A DNA stretch of 64,000 nt from Mayamaea pseudoterrestris. Taxonomy: Eukaryota. Location: contig BROI01000015.1 in the NCBI GenBank assembly GCA_027923505.1, positions 434,001 to 498,000 of the forward strand, given 5' to 3'. The notes under the pieces are model-generated. The model saw nothing but the letters and a program-made list of their open reading frames with translations, made no database searches and was not told the DNA's origin. Below, in pieces: positions 23,770 through 34,461 of the stretch; position 1 is the stretch's first letter; each line of letters opens with the position of its first letter. The position numbers and the translations under genes were made by a program.

Positions 23770-25650
23770 CTACAATCCGCCAAGCAACTGCATAAACTCG
23801 GCTTCCACTTGACTCCATTCCTCCGTTTGCTGTGAAACACTCCCACGCTGCAGCAGCGCATGCACGCAATGCATCCGACTTTCGCTCGAAAGTGCCAACG
23901 AGCCATGTCGCAAGACAGCTCGAGCAGAATTAACCAAATCATGCGTCGTCAGCTCCGGCACTGTCGCAAGAACCCTCGCTAGAGCTAGGCACAGGCGATC
24001 GTCCGACGCAATGTCATCCTTGGGTGGCGGAGTCGCCATGAGTGTTTGCAGAAGCAACGGTAACAGTGTCCGAACCGCCACTGGCGGTACCAAGGCTTGC
24101 TCCAAAACGCGTGTCACCAAGACGCGTCCCTTGCGCAGCTTCAAAAGTAATGCCAACGGCGCCGCGTCGACTTCCGTCGCACTCGTCATTCCAAAGCATT
24201 TGAGCAAACGCTCTAAATGGACCTGAACCGTAAAAGCCGGTACTTGTCCGGGCGCGGCGGTGCGCCAGCATTCCAACACATTGGCGTATGCTTGGTATGC
24301 TTGGTCGCAGTAAATGCGAGCCTTCCAGAGCGACGCGCGTTGCTTGTTTGACGAGTCGTGATCGACCGAAACAGAAGCTACTGTGGGAGCGATTAGTGCC
24401 CGAGGACGAAGCGCATTGGTTTTTAGCACGTGGCCTAGAGTGTGCTTTTCACTGGACCACTCTTGCGCTTTCTTTTGCCGGCTGAGCAGCTCCTCGAGAA
24501 TGTCAGCCTTATTCTTGTAAGCGTCTGGTTGCTGCGCATGTTGGATCGGCGGCGAAAGACCAGTCCGGCATAATAGCTGGTACTGATAGTCGGCTTCGTG
24601 GTCTGTTGGCGCAGACAATAGTGCCTTAAGCATGGAATGCACCACATAGGAAATGTCGCGCGCCGTCATGTACTTGCTTGCAAGTTGCTGTGCCGAAATG
24701 GGTGGCGCTTTTGGATGCGGGTTGCAATATATGCGAGGCATTGTAGCTGGTGGCATCATATGTTGCGCTTGGTGATGATGATGTGGCGGCGCCTGCATCA
24801 TGCGAGACTGCTGCCAAGCAACTGGAGGAGGATGCTGTCCTGGCGCATGTTGAACTGGAGCTGGCATGGCGGGAGCATGACTTTGCGCATTGGCAGCGGC
24901 TTGGTGTATCTTGCGCGGCTCGGCTGGAGTTGGATGAGCGCTTGGCGGAGGGGTTGGCGCCACCATTGCGGCAGATGACGACTCCAACAGCATGCTGTTT
25001 TGCGGTGTATGCGGAAATTTTTGCGGCTGCGGCAGTTCCATAACGTTCATCGATTTCTGTCTTCTTGGATAAGAGTCCAAAGTCCCTGAAGTTGCCGGCT
25101 GCTGAGAAGCTGTAGATGTTGACGTCGCTTGCGGCAATTGCTCTTGCTGGACAAGCTTACTCGCTGCCTCACTGAGCAGCTGCTGACTCGGATCCACTGG
25201 AAGACCGGGCGGCGCAGTAGGGTACAGTCGAGGAGTTGCTGTCAAATCATAATCTTTAAATTCTGAAAAGTCAGCTCCTGGTGATGCTGCCGCGAGACTT
25301 GTCGACTTTCTCGCCGCGTCCGCTGACAAAAAGTCTTCCTCCAAGGCCGACGCCGTGAACCGCTGGAGCGAAAGACTCCAGGCGTCGACTCCAGGCGCGG
25401 CTGCAGCCGCAGAATACTGTGGAATACTGGAATGCGCATGCGACAAGACTAGAGAAGCAGCGGATGAAGGTGTTTCGGTTGGTTGAATGTTGCTAAATCT
25501 CCCTCCCGGCCCCGAGGCGTCAAGTTGCGCTAGCTCCGATTCAAGCTGATCAAGATTCAACCAGCCGGCGTCGCCGTCATCAACTTGCAAATCTGCCAAC
25601 AACTGATTGGCAAACGATGAGAAGATATCGTCCTCATCTCCGAGCGACAT
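23770..25650 (-). CDS. PAT1: mRNA decapping activator Pat1-like protein
   Basis: Acidic N-terminus, Pro/Gln-rich region, then YMTARDISYVV..DYQYQ, LGHVLKTNALRPRALI and LLKLRKGRVLVTRVL, resembling Pat1 middle and C-terminal motifs. Start placed at MSLGDEDD. Confidence 0.7.
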   Translation of the reverse strand: MSLGDEDDIFSSFANQLLADLQVDDGDAGWLNLDQLESELAQLDASGPGGRFSNIQPTETPSSAASLVLSHAHSSIPQYSAAAAAPGVDAWSLSLQRFTASALEEDFLSADAARKSTSLAAASPGADFSEFKDYDLTATPRLYPTAPPGLPVDPSQQLLSEAASKLVQQEQLPQATSTSTASQQPATSGTLDSYPRRQKSMNVMELPQPQKFPHTPQNSMLLESSSAAMVAPTPPPSAHPTPAEPRKIHQAAANAQSHAPAMPAPVQHAPGQHPPPVAWQQSRMMQAPPHHHHQAQHMMPPATMPRIYCNPHPKAPPISAQQLASKYMTARDISYVVHSMLKALLSAPTDHEADYQYQLLCRTGLSPPIQHAQQPDAYKNKADILEELLSRQKKAQEWSSEKHTLGHVLKTNALRPRALIAPTVASVSVDHDSSNKQRASLWKARIYCDQAYQAYANVLECWRTAAPGQVPAFTVQVHLERLLKCFGMTSATEVDAAPLALLLKLRKGRVLVTRVLEQALVPPVAVRTLLPLLLQTLMATPPPKDDIASDDRLCLALARVLATVPELTTHDLVNSARAVLRHGSLALSSESRMHCVHALLQRGSVSQQTEEWSQVEAEFMQLLGGL

Positions 25651-27549
25651 GATCAAAAGCGCTTGTATGGTTACACCACAACGCTCTTTCCAAGAAAGTG
25701 GGATGCGAGCAACGATCTTCATGGTGAAGCGCGCCGATCATTTGGGTTCTGAGCTGATGCTTCGCGGTACTCATGATATCTTTGATACCGTGACGTAAAA
25801 AGCAGTGGCAAAAACTTTGATTTCAAGACCACCGGTGGCTGCAGCTCCTCCACCGCCTGCTTTGTCGTGGGTGCGGTGTTGGAGCTCATGAGGTAGGACG
25901 GACGACGATGAGCGATATCCTTGGGGATGGCGTCAGTCTGGGGCGAGTTACAGATGAGGCTTTTCTGAGCGTCGTGGAGGGCGTCATGGGCGATATTGTT
26001 CATTGTCTCCTTTGTCGTTCGGTCGATGATATTGTCAATAGACTTTGGCAAAGATGAGCCAAGTAGTTGAGGTCATTCGACATGCATGCTGCAATCTTAA
26101 TTTGAGCGTCGCAGGGATCTCTCTAAGACGCGCCGCGATCAGCGTGGTGGAGGATTTGTTGCCCGCCTTGATGCCCGCAAGTACGTTTCAAAAGATGGCG
26201 TAATCCTTCGATCCTGCCGCTGCGTAAGATGTGAAGGATTCAGTCGCGCGCTCCCTTGCCGGCGTCGATCATTACATTGACGCACCAGCTGCTCCTTTTG
26301 GTGTAGATTTGCACGTCAATGATCTTGGAATGGTCACTTTGTCTAAAGGTGCAATTGCGCCGGTGTTGAACGCATTACCGCGCTCTTGGATGGCAATCGG
26401 CCGCGGCCGGTAAATAACTCGTTAACAATGATAGTTGCAAGCCCTCTTTTTTCTCATATCAGTCTTTATATTAATTGTTGACTGTATAGGACATTAATGT
26501 GCTTGTAACTCTTTTAGTTAGTTAGTCATTTTTTACTCTAGCATGAGTGATTGTCGAATTATCGAGTGTTTCACACGGGAGAATCCAGAGTATTGGTCCG
26601 ACTCATGTTTAAGTTCTAATACCGGTACGATGGGTCGACGCCGGCAAACGAGCATTTCGCCAACATTTCCATCGACCATGGCCTCTCAAGCATCGCCTCC
26701 CTCGTATACGGCAGCTCTTGGAGCTGTACTTAGTGCAATTAATACACACCTCATTGTCCAGAATGTTCCTTACAATGCTGATCACATCAATGAGGTTGTC
26801 CGCAACGACCAACGTGAAAGGAATGACTACGCCACAATTTGCAGTGAGTTGGCCAAGCTGTTCCCTCATCGGTTGACCTCTTGTGCATTATTAAAAAGGT
26901 AGCCCTTGAGCTGGTAGAAACGCTCGTGCTGCTGCAAAAAAAGGGTCGCGGGTCTGGACGCGGGTCTGGACGAGGCGGTGGACGCGACAAGACGGAATGA
27001 GTGGCCGTATTGATTCTGCTGCCGCTACAATAGAGTACTCGATGCACGCAAGGAATCTTTACATCAAAGAAGAGATGAATATGATATGCTTGTGACTAAA
27101 AAAAAAAGGAGAAGGGGAGCGAATGGCTAGCGGATGCAAAGGTTGATTGGGGCGCATTGGCTGACGCCAAAAAACCCGATGGCGTTGCGCCGAACGAACA
27201 CTTGCCGAGCGACCCCCGATCTAATGGACAACATCTTTCGAAGCAATAAGGCATCACTGAACTAAAAACTTTTCGCTTGCTATGGACATAGGCATTGTAT
27301 ATGCTCTGGGTCGGCAGACGATCCTCCGCTTCCTCAGTCCTCAGTCGCATGAATCACACGGCACATGCGTCATGCGTCGAGCGCATCCTTCCCTTACGTC
27401 ATTGTAAAGTGATCAGCTTTGACGCAACATATATTAGTAGTACATGAATGCAACCATAAATTACACATAATTATCAACTTTAATAGAGAAACCTTTTGCC
27501 AACTCATGATAACCTTCCTTTTTCAAACCACTAACTCGTTCATGCACAG

Positions 27550-28998
27550 TTACAAGCCTGAAGTGTCGCTTGTCTGCATGGCATGCTGACTCGTAGGAGC
27601 GTTAAGAACCATGCGCTCCATGGCTGCAGCCATCTCGGCCTTCATGGCGCTTAATGCCTTGGTCATTGCAACCATCTCGGCCTTCGTGACCAGCTCGGCC
27701 TTCATGGCGCTCAATTCCTTGGTCAGCAACGGCTCCATCAACTTGACCGTTTTCTTGGGAATATTATCGATCTTGTCAAGTGCAAGGAGCACTTGCCCCA
27801 CAAGATCGTCATCATCTGCAAGGTAGTACTGGTGAGAATCTAATGCCCAGAAGGTCTTAGCTATCGCCCGCCAATCTACTTACCGTCCTGTACTTCGACT
27901 TTGAGTGGAAAGCGTTGCGGCGCACGCTTAATGAGCGGCGCAGCTACGGCCAAACGAAAAGAAGCACTCTTAGACATGCGGATATGTAATGGCATGCACA
28001 CTCAAGCGAAAATCGCAGTTGATTCTTACCAAAGGGCTGGTTGAAAGTTTGAGGTGGCTCGTGGGCTGTAGGATACACAACGACAGATGAGATGTCAGCC
28101 TTAATGCTACAGATCACATTCTTTGTACAGACTATTCATTACCTCTGGACGACACGAAATGCCCTGGCCTTGGCATGTGAAAGTCTATCAATTGTTCTTC
28201 CCGAGATTTTTCTGATCGGCAAAGGAAAGTCATAAATGAAGGGTAAGTGTTGAGCTAACTTATCACATTCAAAACGGCAGACACAGCAAGTAAATACCTC
28301 TCTCTGTCTCCCACTCGAAAGACTCCGGATATGCATTGAAGTAGTGGGGCTTGAAACTGATGGCGCTTTCGAATGCAAGACCGTCAAATTCAGCCTTGGC
28401 TTCGTCAATGCTGGGTTTCGGTACGTCCAAGAAGCCATGCATGCTCAAATAAGCCTTGGTAACAACAATTGGAAGCCTATTCAGCGCCATATCCCCAAGA
28501 TGACGAAAAAGATGGATGCAACCCTTCTCTTTCATAGCCAAAAGGCATTCGCCGAGAAGTCCCTTCAATTCTGTGTTAAGAGCACCGCCCGCATCCCAGT
28601 AATTGTAGAGTCTCAGGAGAAAAGAGCCCTTGTCGTCGCTTGCCTTGAACATCAGAAAGATGCTTTCGTACGCCTCCACGTCGGGAGCGAACGCCATGTA
28701 AAACTTCTTTGCGCTTTCGACAGCTTCATCCAGTGAATTCGCATTGGCAAATGCCGACTGAAGGTCATCCGGACGTAGTCCCTGTTTATATTGAAAATGG
28801 AATGCCTTATGGTAAGCATGACAAGGCCAAATTTGACCATTTGAGACGCCGATGAGTCAGATGCGCACTTACACTAGTGCCTTGGCTCGTCTTAAAAAGG
28901 CTAACGGACGCCCCAATGATCACACATTTCGCAAACCGTCCGTGGTCAATTGTGACTGTGCCTGCCACGGAAGCAGACGCCTGCTCCTCTTTCGTCAT
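27550..28998 (-). CDS. Six-exon hypothetical protein (354 aa) with C-terminal coiled-coil repeat
   Basis: Exons 28998-28873, 28805-28298, 28211-28143, 28065-28030, 27943-27884 and 27815-27550. All five introns are GT-AG, 67-86 nt, with consistent phases, giving 1065 nt without an internal stop. Confidence 0.65.
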
Positions 28999-29327
28999 GG
29001 TGAAATTGTTCTGCTTGCAAAAAGTTGTGCAAGAAGTAAACGAATGAACTGGTGACTTCCGAGCATCGACGCAACGCAAAAGCAGCCTTGGGATGCACGA
29101 TCGCATTTCCCCGAAAGGTGATGTGAACAGCTGCTGGTCGCATGTTCCAAGGAACTCTCACTGGCGTTGCAACAGGTGCGACGTGAACCCATGGCCAAGA
29201 TTCCTTCGAGATTCAGCGCAATTTCTTTCATTGAGTCAACAACTTCAAGCCAGTGAGAAGGGCAAAAAATGAAAAGTAGATATTGCAAGCCACCTACGTG
29301 ATCTACAACCACGACATAATATAGGGA

Positions 29328-30298
29328 GAGCACCCATCGTGTTAAAAGACGCCGGCCGAGCTAGGTATCTTTATTGTCCGTTCATATTTTCAAACCTCTG
29401 GCGCAAATCAACTTCCGTTGAAGGACCGACCGTCGGATTGATGTGGTTGCCACAAAGCTGCGGCAGTTGCATCGTTGACGATGGGAAACAAAACCTTTAC
29501 AACTGTTACAATTCTGGGTAGTGATTGATAATGCAACAGCATAGATAAGCAACCTTTGACTTTGCAAAGCGAAATGGTGCGCAACTAGTTGATCCAGTCA
29601 AAATCTCAACGTCAACCACCTGTTGACGACGTGATGACGTCCACCGTCAACCGCCTCATTGACCTAGATTGTTGAATGCCAATACAATGTATGAATGCCT
29701 GATACTCAAACTCGATTCATTTTAAAATGTTATTTGTACAGCGCACAGGCATCTCTCGCTTTTTCCAATCAAGGTTTGAGCTTCAAACGGACAAACGTTA
29801 TTGACCTGCATCAGCATCCTTTTTCTGCGACATGCTAATGCACTGCTTAATGGATTCAAGCCAATCTTTCATGTGATCTCTGTTCCTTGTGAAGTATAGA
29901 AGCAAGTTGCAAGTGTGTACTATTGAAAAATGAGAAAATCACTCTAAAGAGCGGCTGCAACTGCGATGAGGAAGGGCCAGATGCAACTTGACCAAAGATG
30001 GAGCAGCAGCGGGACCAATACGACTCGTATGACAAAAGTAATTACACAGATAGATGCCGCTTGACTTAATTAATAGATCTAGTGCTTTAAAGTAATATTC
30101 ATGTACGTTTTGAAAGATGAGTCCATATCCTTGGAGTGCAGAGAGCTCATACGGGTGCATCATCCCTCGTCGACTTGGCTAAAATCTGCCCAAGCCGAAA
30201 CAAAATTGTGAATACATAGTTCTCGCCCGGCTCGATGGAGAGCGGGCCAGTACCGTGTACAAAAGCTCGGCCGGCGTCTTTTAACACGATGGGTGCTC
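29328..30298. mobile_element. Non-autonomous DNA transposon-like element (MITE) with 35-bp perfect terminal inverted repeats
   Basis: GAGCACCCATCGTGTTAAAAGACGCCGGCCGAGCT at 29328-29362 and its exact reverse complement at 30264-30298; the interior has no long ORF. Confidence 0.8.
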
Positions 30299-30389
30299 AC
30301 CGATATTACCTATTGCCTCCCTAGCAGTTCGAACCTTTGTTGTCGGCTCGTCATGCGCGTTTCTCATTCACGTGCGTGGACTGACGGAT

Positions 30390-30428
30390 GGAATCTTCGG
30401 AATCTTCGGAATCTTCGGAATCTTCGGA
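30390..30428. repeat. 9-bp tandem repeat (GGAATCTTC)x4
   Basis: Four perfect copies read directly from the sequence, followed by a partial copy. Confidence 0.95.
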
Positions 30429-31078
30429 AAATCCTTGCGCCAGAGGCGATGCCAACCTGCGCGCACACGAGAGACGCCAAGTCTTCCTCGCAATTGTGCA
30501 TCTTCGACTGAACCATTGCCTGAAAGATGGTGAACATGAAGGTGAACTGGAGAATGGTCTATGACTAATTCATCCGCAAGAATTGGAGAAGGTGTGGCGA
30601 ACCAACCCACGCATAGCTCGTGCCAAAGAAAGCATTACTTCTTTGGATGGCTCATTGAATAAGATTGTCCACCGCGAACCTCGTTTGTAAAACAAGAAAT
30701 TGATTCAGGTTATCGAAGAGCGTGAACGACATTACAAACACTGGATGCAGTGAATTAGCGCGTAAAGTTCTCCAGCAGTTGTTGTTCTTCAGAAAGCGTG
30801 TTTGGTTGAGCCTCGACCTCGACCCTTTGCATATATTTTGTGCTTGACAAGCAAGTGAGCGACACTTATACTTTGGCCAGCAAAACGTTTCGCATTATGA
30901 AAGAGATTACGAGTATTGGCGGCCATTGGCGCGAACTGGGGACCACGATCCACGATCATATATATATGCCAATGAATGACATGATATCCGACATGCCACG
31001 CGACGATGCACGCCTCCTGGTGATTAAGAAACTAAAATAATAAAAGATGGGGCAATTACAGTTATACAAACCATTAGT

Positions 31079-33826
31079 CTATACTGCTGGCTTTTTATTC
31101 TTGACCTTGACACGGATGACCTTCCCATTGCCGCCGCCAGCAGGGTCCTTCTTCCTCATTTCAGCTCGCAACTTGGCCGTGAAACTATCACGTACATCGC
31201 CATCGGACGCAGCATTCCATGCAAAGCCACTATTTGCGTCGCCTTGGCGAGCGTGTACCTGCTCATTGTCGCTCGAATCCATGCTGCCACCTTCCTTGAT
31301 AAGTTTGCGCCTTGAGTTTAACTTGCGAATGCCCCTTTGTTGCGACTGTTGACTTCCTTTCGTGGAAGCAGCATCGTCATCTGATTGAGGAGAGTTTCCG
31401 AATGGTGGACTGTTGAGAATTGCTCTACCAGAAGATGATTTGCGCATGTTGGGTCTGCGACGAAGCCCGCCTGTCGATAATGTCATTGACTTTTCTGTAT
31501 GCAAGTTTAAATTCGCCAATGTAGCGGTATTCTCTGGAATGGGCGAGTTCTTGAGCGGTGCAGCACTCAAAATATCTCGTCCAGACGCCGACTTTCGCAT
31601 GCTAGGCCTACGACGGGTGCCCGCCGACGAAGGCGTTATCTTTTTCCTAGTAGGCCCTGGCCCTGACGATTGGCTCCTCATCCTTGAACCTTCCATTGGG
31701 GATTTGCCTAAATCAGGATCAGTTTGTGTGTTGTCTCCTCCAATAAGCTCTTGCGAAGATGGTGAGTCGATTTTAATGGTTGGCAAGCCACTGGTTCTTG
31801 GTTTGCAAGGCGACATGAGTCTGGGAATCGCCCCTGTCGTTGGTTTTTTCCGCTGTAGGGGCGTAGGTTCTGGCACCATATCGAGTTTAAACTCAGCCGT
31901 GGGTGGGCTACTTATACTTGCCCGTCGTTTGCTCTTATCCCTCGTTGTTGCGCGCCTGGGCGAGACCGTCGGTGAATACGCCATGGGACTAAACTCGTCT
32001 TCATTAGTTGATCTGGGTGCAAAGTCCATACTTGCGCTACGATGATGCCTGCGGCGTGGACTGGGAGATGGCTCAGGAGCATATTGCCTCGTGCACAAAC
32101 GCGGTGATTGTTCAGGCAACCACGCTTCCCCCTGAACGACAATGTTGCTGGTGCTCTTTCGTCTAGTCAAGGCTTTCGGAATTTTCAAAGCCTGCCAAGG
32201 CACATCGTCTGAAAACGTTCCTCCAGGCGAAGACGCCGCTGTCTTTTCGGATCGACAAGAAGCCGAGCTATTGCTATTTCTGGCTAGTCGAAGGCTCTTT
32301 CCACTATTACTTGACGCTGGTGAGCTCTGCAAGGCAGCGTGCTTTCTCAATGTTGCTGACTGACCCACCGGGGAAACGTATTGTTGGTCCGAATTGCTGC
32401 CGTTGGAGCGGACAGTCGGCGTCGTCTCGACGCTTTTTGGTCGACCAGTTGGCGAGGCAGGGCCGCCATTAATAGTTGTCAGCTTGTTCAACGATGTGCT
32501 TCTCACGTATGACACTGTCCTAGTGGCAGGACTCTGCTGAGATGGAGACGCTTTGCTTGGTCGAACTGAACGGGTGCCCTTTGCGCCGTTGTCGGTTGGC
32601 GGTAGAGCTTTGCTATTATTGCGTATTGGTGTCTGGGGAGCCGGAAAAGTTGCATCTTGTTTTGAAGTTGATAGCTGTTGTTTTCGCCCCAATAGCTCGG
32701 ACAAGTTAATTGCGGCATCGTCTGGATTACCGGATAGCAGCATTGTCTCCATAAGTTCATTCAGAGTCTTCATTGTAGGACGCAAATGCGGATGCCAGGC
32801 TGATTCTAATAACTCCTCCAGATTGTTTGAGCTGATGAACTTAAGGTCAGGCCGTTCATGTGCGAGCACAACCCGGGAATAGTGATGAAAACGGTCATAT
32901 CCGTCGAACGGCCGTTTCAGCGTGATGAGTTCCCAAAGAAGAATTGCAAACGCATACACGTCCGATGAACACGTTATTGAAGCATTGCACAAGACTTCTG
33001 GTGCAGTGTACGCCAGAGTGTGGATGACATCGTCGCTTTTGGTAATTGACGAAGCAACATTCTGCATCCCCTTCTGCCTCGCCTGACCAAAGTGACATAG
33101 TTTGACTCTTCCATTGTGGCGCAGATCAAACCCAATCTTTTCTGGACGCAAGTAGTACACAATGTCGCGATCATGCAGAAACCTGAGACCCGAGGTAATA
33201 TCCAAGGCAATTTCGAGTCGCTCATTCATGGAAACGTCAGCCGACTGCATTCGCCAGATTCGATCCAGTCGATCCGTCAATGTCTCTTGTAGCCGATCCG
33301 TGACGAAGAAGAAGGAGTGAAATCCCTTTTCAAGAAACGAGTCAATGCCCTTAGCATTGCATGCATACAGCTGCGAAATGTGTGGATGCGGCTCCAAATT
33401 CATAAGCAGCTTGACTTCCATGATCATTTCAGATGCCGCCGTTGCTCCGTGATCCATCTGATCCACTAGACCTGGTTGCAGAAACTTGCAGCCGTAGTGG
33501 TAGGGACTGCTCGTGACGCGGTCGGCCAAGCGCTGTCGTGCCATTTGCGCATGACTTCCAAAGCTGCCTTGCACCAAATCGTGACGCAAATGAATCGACG
33601 TGATTGGTATTTCTCGGTAGTAACTCCCCATGTGCCGAATGGCTGATTCGTCCATGATGAGTTCCTGCGAGTAAAGTAGGGCAACGGTAACTTCGCGTTC
33701 AGGGTGCTTGTGCGTAAAGGTTCTGTCAAAGTTTGTGGCGGCGATTGCTGCAGCCTTGAGAGCGTAGAGAGCATTCTGAGTTGGCTCGTCCGAGACTAGG
33801 TTAGGACTCCATTCAATTTCCTGCAT
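31079..33826 (-). CDS. Protein kinase-like protein (probable pseudokinase) with long disordered tail
   Basis: HPHISQL, RLEIALDITSGLRFLH, YTAPEV, SDVYAFAILLWELITLKRPF and RPTM are present. The catalytic loop and DFG motif are degenerate (YYLRPEK, HFG). Confidence 0.85.
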   Translation of the reverse strand: MQEIEWSPNLVSDEPTQNALYALKAAAIAATNFDRTFTHKHPEREVTVALLYSQELIMDESAIRHMGSYYREIPITSIHLRHDLVQGSFGSHAQMARQRLADRVTSSPYHYGCKFLQPGLVDQMDHGATAASEMIMEVKLLMNLEPHPHISQLYACNAKGIDSFLEKGFHSFFFVTDRLQETLTDRLDRIWRMQSADVSMNERLEIALDITSGLRFLHDRDIVYYLRPEKIGFDLRHNGRVKLCHFGQARQKGMQNVASSITKSDDVIHTLAYTAPEVLCNASITCSSDVYAFAILLWELITLKRPFDGYDRFHHYSRVVLAHERPDLKFISSNNLEELLESAWHPHLRPTMKTLNELMETMLLSGNPDDAAINLSELLGRKQQLSTSKQDATFPAPQTPIRNNSKALPPTDNGAKGTRSVRPSKASPSQQSPATRTVSYVRSTSLNKLTTINGGPASPTGRPKSVETTPTVRSNGSNSDQQYVSPVGQSATLRKHAALQSSPASSNSGKSLRLARNSNSSASCRSEKTAASSPGGTFSDDVPWQALKIPKALTRRKSTSNIVVQGEAWLPEQSPRLCTRQYAPEPSPSPRRRHHRSASMDFAPRSTNEDEFSPMAYSPTVSPRRATTRDKSKRRASISSPPTAEFKLDMVPEPTPLQRKKPTTGAIPRLMSPCKPRTSGLPTIKIDSPSSQELIGGDNTQTDPDLGKSPMEGSRMRSQSSGPGPTRKKITPSSAGTRRRPSMRKSASGRDILSAAPLKNSPIPENTATLANLNLHTEKSMTLSTGGLRRRPNMRKSSSGRAILNSPPFGNSPQSDDDAASTKGSQQSQQRGIRKLNSRRKLIKEGGSMDSSDNEQVHARQGDANSGFAWNAASDGDVRDSFTAKLRAEMRKKDPAGGGNGKVIRVKVKNKKPAV

Positions 33827-34461
33827 TTCGTTGCTTGTGCTGTGTTTTGTCAGCTGTCAAGATGAATTCGAGAAGGCAGGCAGCAGGAGATAGAGGCAGC
33901 GTGCAGCGTGAATTGCTAGCGAAGGCGACGTCCAATCCGTCGACGTTAAAGCCCTTTCGGCTTGCTATAGATAAGCTGCTTTCATTAAGCAGTCTCTAAC
34001 TATGATGGCGATAGTGGCGTAGCGTCAAGTTTCGGCTTTGTGCAATGTTCCCTTCGCTTCACTGGGTTGTTGATCATGCTCACTGCTTCGTTTGCGCTGC
34101 ATTTAGTGCCGCTATGACGCTGCTGCAACAGGAACTCCCTATTTTTGCGAAAACTAAGAAACGAGGAGTCTGATGCTTGTAGAAACAATTGTTGCTGCGC
34201 AAGCTGCAGGCTATAGAAGTTTATGCATATACTCGTGGTCTCCACGCTTGAGAACTGTGTCTCAAAACAAAGTACGTCAACCGACATTTGGCATTTGGCC
34301 ATTTAAAAAGTCGAAAACGCTTAGAAACACATAGAGCGTCTATATTTCGTATTATTCAATATTCAACTAGCACTTGCCAAGAGAAATCGTACTCCAGTCG
34401 TGAAAAGAGCCCGCCAATACCCTCCAAAACCAGATACAGTACTGTATCCAACAATAATTAT

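Noticed and set aside
25719..26051. ATGA stop/start overlap with the Pat1 ORF suggesting translational coupling
   Set aside because: Eukaryotic locus; the likely Pat1 start is 25650 and the upstream ORF has no recognisable product, so this is probably coincidence.
29363..30263. Transposase inside the TIR element
   Set aside because: Only short ORFs (under 75 aa) and no DDE or other catalytic motif could be read.
30390..30428. 9-bp repeat as telomeric or functional satellite
   Set aside because: Only four copies, internal position, and not a TTAGGG-like unit.
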